From Eledone cirrhosa (Eukaryota), in NCBI GenBank assembly GCA_964016885.1, contig OZ024743.1, positions 208,754,001 through 208,818,000 of the forward strand: a stretch of DNA of 64,000 nucleotides, in the 5' to 3' direction. The position numbers were made by a program, and so were the translations under genes. The notes under the pieces were generated by a model, which worked only from the letters and a program-made list of their open reading frames with translations, was not told the origin of the DNA and did not search any database. Below are positions 43,571-58,900 of the stretch, in pieces. The number at the start of each line of letters is the position of its first letter. The stretch's first letter is position 1.

Positions 43571-45744
43571 ATCTCTTCACTCCATAAGATATACCACAGT
43601 TTACCATCCTATAGCCACACATGGAAGCTCTTCACTCCATAAGATATACCACAGTTTACCATCCTATAGCCACACATGAAAGCTCTTCACTCCATAAGAT
43701 ATACCACAGTTTACCATCCTATAGCCAGATGAAAGCTCTTCACTCCATAAGATATACCACAATTTACCATCCTATAGCCACAGATGAAAGCTCTTCACTC
43801 CATAAGATATACCACAGTTTACCATCCTATAGCCACACATGAAAGCTCTTCACTCCATAAGATATACCACAGTTTACCATCCTATAGCCACACATGAAAG
43901 CTCCTCACTCCATAAGATATAGCACAGTTTACCATCCTATAGCCAGACATGAAAGCTCTTCACTCCATAAGATATACCACAGTTTACCATCCTATAGCCA
44001 CAGATGAAAGCTCTTCACTCCATAAGATATACAACAGTTTACCATCCTATAGCCAGATGAAAGCTCTTCACTCCATAAGACATACCACAGTTTACCATCC
44101 TATAGCCACGCATGAAAGCTCTTCACTCCATAAGATATACCACAGTTTACCATCCTATAGCAACACCTGAAAGCTCTTCACTCCATAAGATATACCACAG
44201 TTTACCATCCTATAGCCAGATGAAAGCTCTTCACTCCATAAGATATACCACAGTTTACCATCCTATAGCCACAGATGAAAGCTCTTCACTCCATAAGATA
44301 TACCACAGTTTACCATCCTATAGCCACACATGAGAGCTCTTCACTCCATAAGATATACCACAGTTTACCATCCTATAGCCAGATGAAAGTTCTCCACTCC
44401 ATAAGATATACCAGTTTACCATCCTATAGCCAGATGAAAGCTCTTCACTCCATAAGATATAGCACAGTTTACCAACCTATAGCCAGATGAAAGCTCTTCA
44501 CTCCATAAAATATAACACAGTTTACCATCCTATAGCCACACATGAAAGCTCCTCACTCCATAAGATATAGCACAGTTTACCATTCTATAGCCAGACATGA
44601 AAGCTCTTCACTCCATAAGATATACCACAGTTTACCATCCTATAGCCACAGATGAAAGCTCTTCACTCCATAAGATATACCACAGTTTACCATCCTATAG
44701 CCAGATGAAAGCTCTTCACTCCATAAGACATACCACAGTTTACCATCCTATAGCCACGCATGAAAGCTCTTCACTCCATAAGATATACCACAGTTTACCA
44801 TCCTATAGCCAAACCTGAAAGCTCTTCACTCCATAAGATATACCACAGTTTACCATCCTATAGCCAGATGAAAGCTCTTCACTCCATAAGATATACCACA
44901 GTTTACCATCCTATAGCCACAGATGAAAGCTCTTCACTCCATAAGATATACCACAGATTACCATCCTATAGCCACACATGAGAGCTCTTCACTGCATAAG
45001 ATATACCACAGTTTACCATCCTATAGCCACACATGAAAGCTCTTCACTCCATAAGATATACCACAGTTTACCATCCTATAGCCACAGATGAAAGCTCTTC
45101 ACTACATAAGATATACCACAGTTTACCATCCTATAGCCACACATGAGAGCTCTTCACTCCATAAGATATACCACAGTTTACCATCCTATAGCCACACATG
45201 AAAGCACTTCACTCCATAAGATATACCACAGTTTACCATCCTATAGCCACAGATGAAAGCTCTTCACTCCATAAGATATACCACAGTTTACGATCCTATA
45301 GCCACAGATGAAAGCTCTTCACTCCATAACATATACCACAGTTTACCAACCTATAGCCAGATGAAAGCTCTTCACTCCATAAAATATAACACAGTTTACC
45401 ATCCTATAGCCACACATGAAAGCTCTTCACTCCATAAGATATAGCACATTTTACCATCCTATAGCCAGACATAAAAGCTATTCACTCCATAATATATACC
45501 ACAGTTTACCATTCTATAGCCACAGATGAAAGCTCTTCACTCCATAAGATATACCACAGTTTACCATCCTATAGGCAGATGAAAGCTCTTCCTTCCATAA
45601 GATATACCACAGTTTACCATCCTATAGCCACGCATGAAATCTCTTCACTCCATAAGATATACCACAGTTTACCATCCTATAGCCACACATGGAAGCTCTT
45701 CACTCCATAAGATATACCACAGTTTACCATCCTATAGCCACACA

Positions 45745-46945
45745 TGAAAGCTCTTCACTCCATAAGATATACCACAGTTTACCATCCTATAGCCAGATGA
45801 AAGCTCTTCACTCCATAAGATATACCACAGTTTACCATCCTATAGCCACAGATGAAAGCTCTTCACTCCATAAGATATACCACAGTTTACCATCCTATAG
45901 CCACACATGAAAGCTCTTCACTCCATAAGATATACCACAGTTTACCATCCTATAGCCACACATGAAAGCTCCTCACTCCATAAGATATAGCACAGTTTAC
46001 CATCCTATAGCCAGACATGAAAGCTCTTCACTCCATAAGATATACCACAGTTTACCATCCTATAGCCAGATGAAAGCTCTTCACTCCATAAGACATACCA
46101 CAGTTTACCATCCTATAGCCACGCATGAAAGCTCTTCACTCCATAAGATATACCACAGTTTACCATCCTATAGCAACACCTGAAAGCTCTTCACTCCATA
46201 AGATATACCACAGTTTACCATCCTATAGCCAGATGAAAGCTCTTCACTCCATAAGATATACCACAGTTTACCATCCTATAGCCACAGATGAAAGCTCTTC
46301 ACTCCATAAGATATACCGCAGTTTACCATCCTATAGCCACACATGAAAGCTCTTCACTCCATAAGATATACCACAGTTTACCATCCTATAGCCAGATGAA
46401 AGCTCTTCACTCCATAAGATATACCACAGTTTACCATCCTATAGCCACAGATGAAAGCTCTTCACTCCATAAGATATACCACAGTTTACCATCCTATAGC
46501 CACACATGAAAGCTCTTCACTCCATAAGATATACCACAGTTTACCATCCTATAGCCACACATGAAAGCTCCTCACTCCATAAGATATAGCACAGTTTACC
46601 ATCCTATAGCCAGACATGAAAGCTCTTCACTCCATAAGATATACCACAGTTTACCATCCTATAGCCAGATGAAAGCTCTTCACTCCATAAGACATACCAC
46701 AGTTTACCATCCTATAGCCACGCATGAAAGCTCTTCACTCCATAAGATATACCACAGTTTACCATCCTATAGCAACACCTGAAAGCTCTTCACTCCATAA
46801 GATATACCACAGTTTACCATCCTATAGCCAGATGAAAGCTCTTCACTCCATAAGATATACCACAGTTTACCATCCTATAGCCACAGATGAAAGCTCTTCA
46901 CTCCATAAGATATACCGCAGTTTACCATCCTATAGCCACACATGA
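45745..46945. repeat. Duplication, 2 x 599 bp (11 monomers)
   Basis: Landmarks 45962/46561, 46125/46724 and 46288/46887. Shared GCTCCTC, AGACATACC and GCAACACCTG. 8x55+3x53 = 599. Confidence 0.87.
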
Positions 46946-49900
46946 GAGCTCTTCACTCCATAAGATATACCACAGTTTACCATCCTATAGCCAGATGAAA
47001 GTTCTCCACTCCATAAGATATACCAGTTTACCATCCTATAGCCAGATGAAAGCTCTTCATTCCATAAGATATAGCACAGTTTACCAACCTATAGCCAGAT
47101 GAAAGCTCTTCACTCCATAAAATATAACACAGTTTACCATCCTATAGCCACACATGAGAGCTCTTCACTGCATAAGATATACCACAGTTTACCATCCTAT
47201 AGCCACAGATGAAAGCTCTTCACTCCATAAGATATACCACAGTTTACCATCCTATAGCCACACATGAGAGCTCTTCACTGCATAAGATATACCACAGTTT
47301 ACCATCCTATAGCCACACATGAAAGCTCTTCACTCCATAAGATATACCACAGTTTACCATCCTATAGCCACAGATGAAAGCTCTTCACTACATAAGATAT
47401 ACCACAGTTTACCATCCTATAGCCACACATGAGAGCTCTTCACTCCATAAGATATACCACAGTTTACCATCCTATAGCCACACATGAAAGCACTTCACTC
47501 CATAAGATATACCACAGTTTACCATCCTATAGCCACAGATGAAAGCTCTTCACTCCATAAGATATACCACAGTTTACCATCCTATAGCCACACATGAAAG
47601 CTCTTCACTCGATAAGATATACCACAGTTTACCATCCTATAGCCAGATGAAAGTTCTTCACTCCATAAGATATACCACAGTTTACCATCCTATAGCCACA
47701 CATGAAAGTTCTTCACTCCATAAGATATACCACAGTTTACCATCCTATAGCCACGCATGAAAGCTCTTCACTCCATAAGATATACCACAGTTTCCCATCC
47801 TATAGCCACACATGAAAGCTCTTCACCCCATAAGATATACCACAGTTTACCATCCTATAGACACAGATGAAAGCTCTTCACTCCATAAGATATACCACAG
47901 TTTACCATCCTATAGACACACATGAGAGCTCTTCACTCCATAACATATACCACAGTTTACCATCCTATAGACACACATGAGAGCTCTTCACTCCATAAGA
48001 TATACTACAGTTTACCATCCTATAGCCACACATGAAAGCTCTTCACTCCATAAGATATACCACAGTTTACCATCCTATAGCCACACATTAGAGCTCTTCA
48101 CTCCATAAGATATACCACAGTTTACCATCCTATAGCCACACATGAAAGCTCTTCACTCCATAAGATATACCACAGTTTACAGTCCTATAGCCACAGATGA
48201 AAGCTCTTCACTCCATAAGATATACCACAGTTTACCATCCTATAGCCACACATGAAAGCTCTTCACTCCATAAGATATACCACAGTTTACCATCCTATAG
48301 CCAGATGAAAGTTCTTGACTCCATAAGATATACCACAGTTTACTATCCTATAGCCACACATGAAAGCTCTTCACTCTATAAGATATACCACAGTTTACCA
48401 TCCTATAGCCACAGATGAAAGCTCTTCACTCCATAAGATATACCACAGTTTACCATCCTATAGCCAGATGAAAGCTCTTCACTCCATAAGATATACCACA
48501 GTTTACCATCCTATAGCCACGCATGAAAGCTCTTCACTCCATAAGATATACCACAGTTTACCATCCTATAGCCACACATGAAATCTCTTCACTCCATAAG
48601 ATATACCACAGTTTATCATCCTATAGCCACAGATGAAAGCTCTTCACTCCATAAGATATACCACAGTTTACCATCCTATAGCCACAGATGAAAGCTCTTC
48701 ACTCCATAAGATATACCACAGTTTACCATCCTATAGCCACACATGAAAGCTCTTCACTCCATAAGATATACCACAGTTTACCATCCTATAGCCACACATG
48801 AAAGCTCTACAGTCCATAAGATATACCACAGTTTACCATCCTATAGCCACAGATGAAAGATCTTCACTCCATAAAATATACCACAGTTTACCATCCTATA
48901 ACCACACATGAGAGCTCTTCACTCCATAAGATATACCGCAGTTTACCATCTTATAGCCACACATGAAAGCTCTTCACTCCATAAGATATACCACAGTTTA
49001 CCATCCTATAGCCACAGATGAAAGCTCTTCACTCCATAACATATACCACAGTTTACCATCCTATAGGCACACATGAGAGCTCTTTACTCCATAAGATATA
49101 CCACAGTTTACCATGCTATAGCCACACATGAAAGCTCTACACTCCATAAGATATACCACAGTTTACCATCCTATAGCCAGATGAAAGCTCTTCACTCCAT
49201 AAGATATACCACAGTTTACCATCCTATAGCCAGATGAAAGCTCTTCACTCCATAAGATATACCACAGTTTACCATCCTATAGGCACACATGAAAGCTCTT
49301 CACTCCATAAGATATACCACAGTTTACCAACCTATAGCCAGATGAAAGCTCTTCACTCCATAAAATATAACACAGTTTACCATCCTATAGCCACACATGA
49401 AAGCTCTTCACTCCATACGATATACCACAGTTTACCATCCTATAGCCACAGATGAAATCTCTTCACTCCATAAGATATACCACAGTTTACCATCCTATAG
49501 CCAGATGAAAGCTCTTCACTCCATAACATATACCACAGTTTACCATCCTATAGCCACGCATGAGAGCTCTTCACTCCATAAGATATACCACAGTTTACCA
49601 TCCTATAGCCACACATGAAAGCTCTTCACTCCATAAGATATACCACAGTTTACCATCCTATAGCCACACATGAAAGCTCTTCACTCCATAAGATATACCA
49701 CAGTTTACCATCCTATAGCCACAATAAAAGCTCTTCATTCTATAAGATATACCACAGTTTAGCATCCTATAGCCAGATGAAAGCTCTTCACTCCATAAGA
49801 TATACCACAGTTTACCATCCTATAGCCACGGATGAAAGCTCTTCACTCCATAAGATATACCACAGTTTACCATCCTATAGCCACACATGAAAGCTCTTCA

Positions 49901-52900
49901 CTCCATAAGATATACCACAGTTTACCATTCTATAGCCACAGATGAAAGCTCTTCACTCCATAACATATACCACAGTTTACCATCCTATAGACACACATGA
50001 GAGCTCTTCACTCCATAAGATATACCACAGTTTACCATCCTATAGACACACATGAGAGCTCTTCACTCCATAAGATATACCACAGTTTACCATCCTATAG
50101 CCACACATGAAAGCTCTTCACTCCATAAGATATACCACAGTTTACCATCCTATAGCCACAGATGAAAGCTCTTCACTCCATAAGATATACCACAGTTTAC
50201 CATCCTATAGCCACACATGAGAGCTCTTCACTCCATAAGATATACCGCAGTTTACCATCCTATAGCCACACATGAAAGCTCTTCACTCCATAAGATATAC
50301 CACAGTTTACCATCCTATATCCACAGATGAAAGCTCTTCACTCCATAAGATATACCACAGTTTACCATCCTATAGCCACACATGAAAACTATTCACTCCA
50401 TAAGATATACCACAGTTTACCATCCTATAGCCAGATGAAAGTTCTTCAGTCCATAAGATATACCACAGTTTACCATCCTATAGCCACACATGAAAGCTCT
50501 TCACTCCATAAGATATACCACAGTTTACCATCCTATAGCCACAGATGAAAGCTCTTCACTCCATAAGATATACCACAGTTTACCATCCTATAGCCAGATC
50601 AAAGCTCTTCACTCCATAAGATATACCACATTTTACCATCCTATAGCCACGCATGAAAGCTCTTCACTCCATAAGATATACCACAGTTTACCATCCTATA
50701 GCCACACATGAAATCTCTTCACTCCATCAGATATACCACAGTTTACCATCCTATAGCCACAGATGAAAGCTCTTCACTCCATAAGATATACCACAGTTTA
50801 CGATCCTATAGCCACAGATGAAAGCTCTTCACTCCATAACATATACCACAGTTTACCATCCTATAGCCACACATGAGAGCTCTTCACTCCATAAGATATA
50901 CCGCAGTTTACAATCCTATAGTCACACATGAAAGCTCTTCACTCCATAAGATATACCACAGTTTACCATCCTATAGCCACAGATGAAAGCTCTTCACTCC
51001 ATAACATATACCACAGTTTACCATCCTATAGCCACATGAAAGCTCTTCACTCCATAAGATATACCACAGTTTACCATCCTATAGCCACACATGAAAGATC
51101 TTCACTCCATAAGATATACCACAGTTCACCATCCTATAGCCACACATGAAAGCTCTTCACTCCATAAGATATACCACAGTTTACCATCCTATAGCCACAG
51201 ATGAAAGCTCTTCACTCCATAAGATATACCACAGTTTACCATCCTATAGTCACACATGAAAGCTCTTCACTCCATAAGATATACCACAGTTTACCATCCT
51301 ATAGCCAGATGAAAGCTCTTCACTCCATAAGATATACCACAGTTTACCATCCTATAGCCACGCATGAAAGCTCTTCACTCCATAAGTTATACCACAGTTT
51401 ACCATCCTATAGCCACACATGAAATCTCTTCACTCCATAAGATATACCACAGTTTACCATCCTATAGCCACAGATGAAAGCTCTTCACTCCATAAGATAT
51501 ACCAGAGTTTACGATCCTATAGCCACAGATGAAAGCTCTTCACTCCATAACATATACCACAGTTTACCAACCTATAGCCAGATGAAAGCTCTTCACTCCA
51601 TAAAATATAACACAGTTTACCATCCTATAGCCACACATGAAAGCTCTTCACTCCATAAGATATAGCACATTTTACCATCCTATAGCCAGACATGAAAGCT
51701 CTTCACTCCATAAGATATACCACAGTTTACCATCCTATAGCCACAGATGAAAGCTCTTCACTCCATAAGATATACCACAGTTTACCATCCTATAGCCAGA
51801 TGAAAGCTCTTCCTTCCATAAGATATACCACAGTTTACGATCCTATAGCCACAGATGAAAGCTATTCACTCCATAAGATATACCACAGTTTACCATCCTA
51901 TAGCCACAGATGAAAGCTCTTCACTCCATAAGATATACCACAGTTTACCATCCTATAGCCACGCCACGGATGAAAGTTCTTCACTCCATAAGATATACCA
52001 CAGTTTACCATCCTATAGCCACACGTGAAAGCTCTTCACTCCATAAGATATACCACAGTTTACCATCCTATAGCCACACATGAAAGCTCTTCACTCCATA
52101 AGATATACCACAGTTTACCATCCTATAGCCACACATGAAAGCTCTACAGTCCATAAGATATACCAAAGTTTACCATCCTATAGCCACAGATGAAAGCTCT
52201 TCACTCCATAACATATACCACAATTTACCATCCTATAGCCACACATGAGAGCTCTTCACTCCATAAGATATACCGCAGTTTACCATCTTATAGCCACACA
52301 TGAAAGCTCTTCACTCCATAAGATATACCACAGTTTACCATCCTATAGCCACAGATGAAAGCACTTCACTCCATAACATATACCACAGTTTACCATCCTA
52401 TAGGCACACATGAGAGCTCTTCACTCCATAAGATATACCACAGTTTACCATGCTATAGCCACACATGAAAGCTCTACACTCCAAAAGATATACCACAGTT
52501 TACCATCCTATAGCCAGATGAAAGCTCTTCACTCCATAAGATATACCACAGTTTACCATCCTATAGCCAGATGAAAGCTCTTCACTCCATAAGATATACC
52601 ATAGTTTACCATCCTATAGGCACACATGAAAGCTCTTCACTCCATAAGATATACCACAGTTTACCAACCTATAGCCAGATGAAAGCTCTTCACTCCATAA
52701 AATATAACACAGTTTACCATCCTATAGCCACACATGAAAGCTCTTCACTCCATAAGATATACCACAGTTTACCATCCTATAGCCACAGATGAAAGCTCTT
52801 CACTCCATAAGATATACCACAGTTTACCATCCTATAGCCAGATGAAAGCTCTTCACTCCATAACATATACCACAGTTTACCATCCTATAGCCACGCATGA

Positions 52901-55900
52901 AAGCTCTTCACTCCATAAGATATACCACAGTTTACCATCCTATAGTCACACATGAAAGCTCTTCACTCCATGAGATATACCACAGTTTAACATCCTATCG
53001 CCACAGATGAAAGCTCTTCACTCCATAAGATATACCACAGTTTACCATCCTATAGCCACGTCACGGATGAAAGCTCTTCACTCCATAAGATATACCACAG
53101 TTTACCATCCTATAGCCACACATGAAAGCTCTTCACTCCATAAGATATACCACAGTTTACCATCCTATAGCCACACATGAAAGCTCTTCACTCCATAAGA
53201 TATACCACAGTTTACCATCCTATAGCCACACATGAAAGCTCTACAGTCCATAAGATATACCACAGTTTACCATCCTATAGCCACAGATGAAAGCTCTTCA
53301 CTCCATAACATATACCACAATTTACCATCCTATAGCCACACATGAGAGCTCTTCACTCCATAAGATATACCGCAGTTTACCATCTTCTAGCCACACATGA
53401 AAGCTCTTCACTCCATAAGATATACCACAGTTTACCATCCTATAGCCACACATGAAAGCTCTTCACTCCATAAGATATACCACAGTTTACCATCCTATAG
53501 CCAGATGAAAGTTCTTCACTCCATAAGATATACCACAGTTTACCATCCTATAGCCACACATGAAAGCGCTTCACTCCATAAGATATACCACAGTTTACCA
53601 TCCTATAGCCACAGATGAAAGCTCTTCACTCCATAAGATATACCACAGTTTACCATCCTATAGCCAGATGAAAGCTCTTCACTCCATAAGATATACCACA
53701 GTATACCATCCTATAGCCACGCATGAAAGCTCTTCACTCCATAAGATATACCACAGTTTACCATCCTATAGCCACACATGAAATCTCTTCACTCCATAAG
53801 ATATACCACAGTTTACCATCCTATAGCCACAGATGAAAGCTCTTCACTCCATAAGATATACGACAGTTTACGATCCTATAGCCACAGATGAAAGCTCTTC
53901 ACTCCATAACATATACCACAGTTTACCATCATATAGCCACACATGAGAGCTCTTCACTCCATAAGATATACCACAGCTTACCATCCTATAGCCACACATG
54001 AAAGCTCTTCACTCCATAAGATATACCACAGTTTACCATCCTATAGCCAGATGAAAGCTTTTCACTCTATAAGATATACCACAATTTACAATCCTATAGC
54101 CACACATGAAAGCTCTTCACTCCATAAGATATACCACAGTTTACCATCCTATGGCTAGAGATGAAAGCTCTTCACTCTATAGGATATACCACAGTTTACC
54201 ATCCTATAGCCACACATGAAAGCTCTTCACTCCATAAGATATACCACAGTTTACCATCCTATAGCCAGATGAAAGTTCTTCACTCCATAAGATATACCAC
54301 AGTTTACCATCCTATAGCCACACATGAAAGCTCTTCACTCCATAAGATATACCACAGTTTACCATCCTATAACCACAGATGAAAGCTCTTCACTCCATAA
54401 GATATACCACAGTTTACCATCCTATAGCCAGATGAAAGCTCTTCACTCCATAAGTTATACCACAGTTTACCATCCTATAGCCACGCATGAAAGCTCTTCA
54501 CTCCATAAGATATACCACAGTTTACCATTCTATAGCCACAGATGAAAGCTCTTCACTCCATAAGATATACCACAGTTTACGATCGTATAGCCACAGATGA
54601 AAGCTCTTAACTCCATAACATATACCACAGTTTACCATCCTATAGCCACACATGAGAGCTCTTCACTCCATAAGATATACCACAGTCAACCATCCTATAG
54701 CCACACATGAAAGCTCTTCACTCCATAACATATACCACAGTTTACCATCCTATAGCCAGATGAAAGCTTTTCACTCCATAAGATATACCACAGTTTACCA
54801 TCCTATAGCCACACATGAAAGATCTTCACTCCATAAGATATACCACAGTTCACCATCCTATAGCCACACATGAAAGCTCTTCACTCCATAAGATATACCA
54901 CAGTTTTCCATCCTATAGCCACAGATGAAAGCTCTTCACTCCATAAGATATACCACAGTTTACCATCCTATAGTCACACATGAAAGCTCTTCACTCCATA
55001 AGATATACCACAGTTTACCATCCTATGGCCACAGATGAAAGCTCTTCACTCCATAAGATATACCACAGTTTACCATCCTATAGACACACATGAAAGCTCT
55101 TCACTCCATAAGATATACCACAGTTTACCATCCTATAGCCACACATGTAAGCTCTTCACTCCATAAGATATACCACAGTTTACCATCCTATAGCCACACA
55201 TGAAAGCTCTTCACTCCATGAGATATACCACATTTTAACATCCTATCGCCACAGATGAAAGCTCTTCACTCCATAAGATATACCACAGTTTACCATCCTA
55301 TAGCCAGATGAAAGCTCTTCACTACATAAGATATACCACAGTTTACCATCCTATAGCCACAAATGAAAGCTCTTCACTCCATAAGATATACCACAGTTTA
55401 CCATCCTATAGCCACGCCACGGATGAAAGCTCTTCACTCCATAAGATATACCACAGTTTACCATCCTATAGCCACAGATAAAAGCTCTTCACTCCATAAG
55501 ATATACCACAGTTTACCATCCTATAGTCACACATGAAAGCTCTTCACTCCTTAAGATATACCACAGTTTACCATCCTATAGCCACAGATGAAAGCTGTTC
55601 ACTCCATAAGATATACCACAATTTAACATCCTATAGCCACACATGAAAGCTCTTCACTCCATAAGATATACCACAGTTTACGATCCTATAGCCACAGATG
55701 AAAGCTCTTCACTCCATAACATATACCACAGTTTACAATCCTATAGCCACACATGAAAGATCTTCACTCCATAAGATATACCACAGTTCACCATCCTATA
55801 GCCACACATGAAAGCTCTTCACTCCATAAGATATACCACAGTTTACCATCCTATAGCCACAGATGAAATCTCTTCACTCCATAAGATATACCTCAGTTTA

Positions 55901-58900
55901 CCATCCTATAGTCACACATGAAAGCTCTTCACTCCACAAGATATACCACAGTTTACCATCCTATGGCCACAGATGAAAGCACTTCACTCCATAAGATATA
56001 CCACAGTTTACCATCCTATAGCCACACATGAAAGCTCTTCATTCCATGAGATATACCACAGTTTACCATCCTATAGCCACACATGAAAGCTCTTCACTCC
56101 ATAAGATATACCACAGTTTACCATCCTATAGCCACACATGAAAGCTCTTCACTCCATAAGATATACCACAGTTTACCATCCTATGGCTAGAGATGAAAGC
56201 TCTTCACTCTATAGGATATACCACAGTTTACCATCCTATAGCCACACATGAAAGCTCTTCACTCCATAAGATATACCACAGTTTACCATCCTATAGCCAC
56301 ACATGAAAGCTCTTCACTCCATAAGATATACCACAGTTTACCATCCTATAGCCACACATGAAAGCTCTTCACTCCATATGATATACCACAGTTTACCATC
56401 CTATAGCCACACATGAAAGCTCTTCACTCCATAAGATATACCACAGTTTACCATCCTATAGCCACAGATGAAAGCTCTTCACTCCATAACATATACCACA
56501 GTTTACCATCCTATAGACACACATGAGAGCTCTTCACTCCATAAGATATACCACAGTTTACCATCCTATAGCCACACATGAAAGCTCTTCACTACATAAG
56601 ATATACCACAGTTTCCAGTCCAATAGCCACAGATGAAAGCTCTTCACTCCATAAGATATACCACAGTTTACCATCCTATAGCCACACATGAAAGCTCTTC
56701 ACTCCATAAGATATACCACAGTTTACCATCCTATAGCCAGATGAAAGTTCTTCACTCCATAAGATATACCACAGTTTACCATCCTATAGCCACACATGAA
56801 AGCGCTTCACTCCATAAGATATACCACAGTTTACCATCCTATAGCCACAGATGAAAGCTCTTCACTCCATAAGATATACCACAGTTTACCATCCTATAGC
56901 CAGATGAAAGCTCTTCACTCCATAAGATATACCACAGTATACCATCCTATAGCCACGCATGAAAGCTCTTCACTCCATAAGATATACCACAGTTTACCAT
57001 CCTATAGCCACACATGAAATCTCTTCACTCCATAAGATATACCACAGTTTACCATCCTATAGCCACAGATGAAAGCTCTTCACTCCATAAGATATACGAC
57101 AGTTTACGATCCTATAGCCACAGATGAAAGCTCTTCACTCCATAACATATACCACAGTTTACCATCATATAGCCACACATGAGAGCTCTTCACTCCATAA
57201 GATATACCACAGCTTACCATCCTATAGCCACACATGAAAGCTCTTCACTCCATAAGATATACCACAGTTTACCATCCTATAGCCAGATGAAAGCTTTTCA
57301 CTCTATAAGATATACCACAATTTACAATCCTATAGCCACACATGAAAGCTCTTCACTCCATAACATATACCACAGTTTACCATCCTATGGCTAGAGATGA
57401 AAGCTCTTCACTCTATAGGATATACCACAGTTTACCATCCTATAGCCACACATGAAAGCTCTTCACTCCATAAGATATACCACAGTTTACCATCCTATAG
57501 CCAGATGAAAGTTCTTCACTCCATAAGATATACCACAGTTTACCATCCTATAGCCACACATGAAAGCTCTTCACTCCATAAGATATACCACAGTTTACCA
57601 TCCTATAACCACAGATGAAAGCTCTTCACTCCATAAGATATACCACAGTTTACCATCCTATAGCCAGATGAAAGCTCTTCACTCCATAAGTTATACCACA
57701 GTTTACCATCCTATAGCCACGCATGAAAGCTCTTCACTCCATAAGATATACCACAGTTTACCATTCTATAGCCACAGATGAAAGCTCTTCACTCCATAAG
57801 ATATACCACAGTTTACGATCGTATAGCCACAGATGAAAGCTCTTAACTCCATAACATATACCACAGTTTACCATCCTATAGCCACACATGAGAGCTCTTC
57901 ACTCCATAAGATATACCACAGTCAACCATCCTATAGCCACACATGAAAGCTCTTCACTCCATAACATATACCACAGTTTACCATCCTATAGCCAGATGAA
58001 AGCTTTTCACTCCATAAGATATACCACAGTTTACCATCCTATAGCCACACATGAAAGATCTTCACTCCATAAGATATACCACAGTTCACCATCCTATAGC
58101 CACACATGAAAGCTCTTCACTCCATAAGATATACCACAGTTTTCCATCCTATAGCCACAGATGAAAGCTCTTCACTCCATAAGATATACCACAGTTTACC
58201 ATCCTATAGTCACACATGAAAGCTCTTCACTCCATAAGATATACCACAGTTTACCATCCTATAGCCACACATGAAAGCTCTTCACTCCATGAGATATACC
58301 ACAGTTTAACATCCTATCGCCACAGATGAAAGCTCTTCACTCCATAAGATATACCACAGTTTACCATCCTATAGACACACATGAAAACTCTTCACTCCAT
58401 AAGATATACCACAGTTTACCATCCTATAGCCACACATGTAAGCTCTTCACTCAAAAGATATACCACAGTTTACCATCCTATAGCCACACATGAAAGCTCT
58501 TCACTCCATGAGATATACCACAGTTTAACATCCTATCGCCACAGATGAAAGCTCTTCACTCCATAAGATATACCACAGTTTACCATCCTATAGCCAGATG
58601 AAAGCTCTTCACTACATAAGATATACCACAGTTTACCATCCTATAGCCACAAATGAAAGCTCTTCACTCCATAAGATATACCACAGTTTACCATCCTATA
58701 GCCACGCCACGGATGAAAGCTCTTCACTCCATAAGATATACCACAGTTTACCATCCTATAGCCACAGATAAAAGCTCTTCACTCCATAAGATATACCACA
58801 GTTTACCATCCTATAGTCACACATGAAAGCTCTTCACTCCTTAAGATATACCACAGTTTACCATCCTATAGCCACAGATGAAAGCTGTTCACTCCATAAG

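Larger units (their letters stand above)
40131..52900. repeat. Satellite sub-domain B1
   Basis: New recurrent variants include GCTCCTCAC, TATAGCAC, CCAACC, AAAATATAAC, TTACGATCC, GCCAGACAT, CCTTCC, ACCTGAAA and the 51-bp monomer. No 60-bp monomer occurs between 39734 and 51958. Confidence 0.75.
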
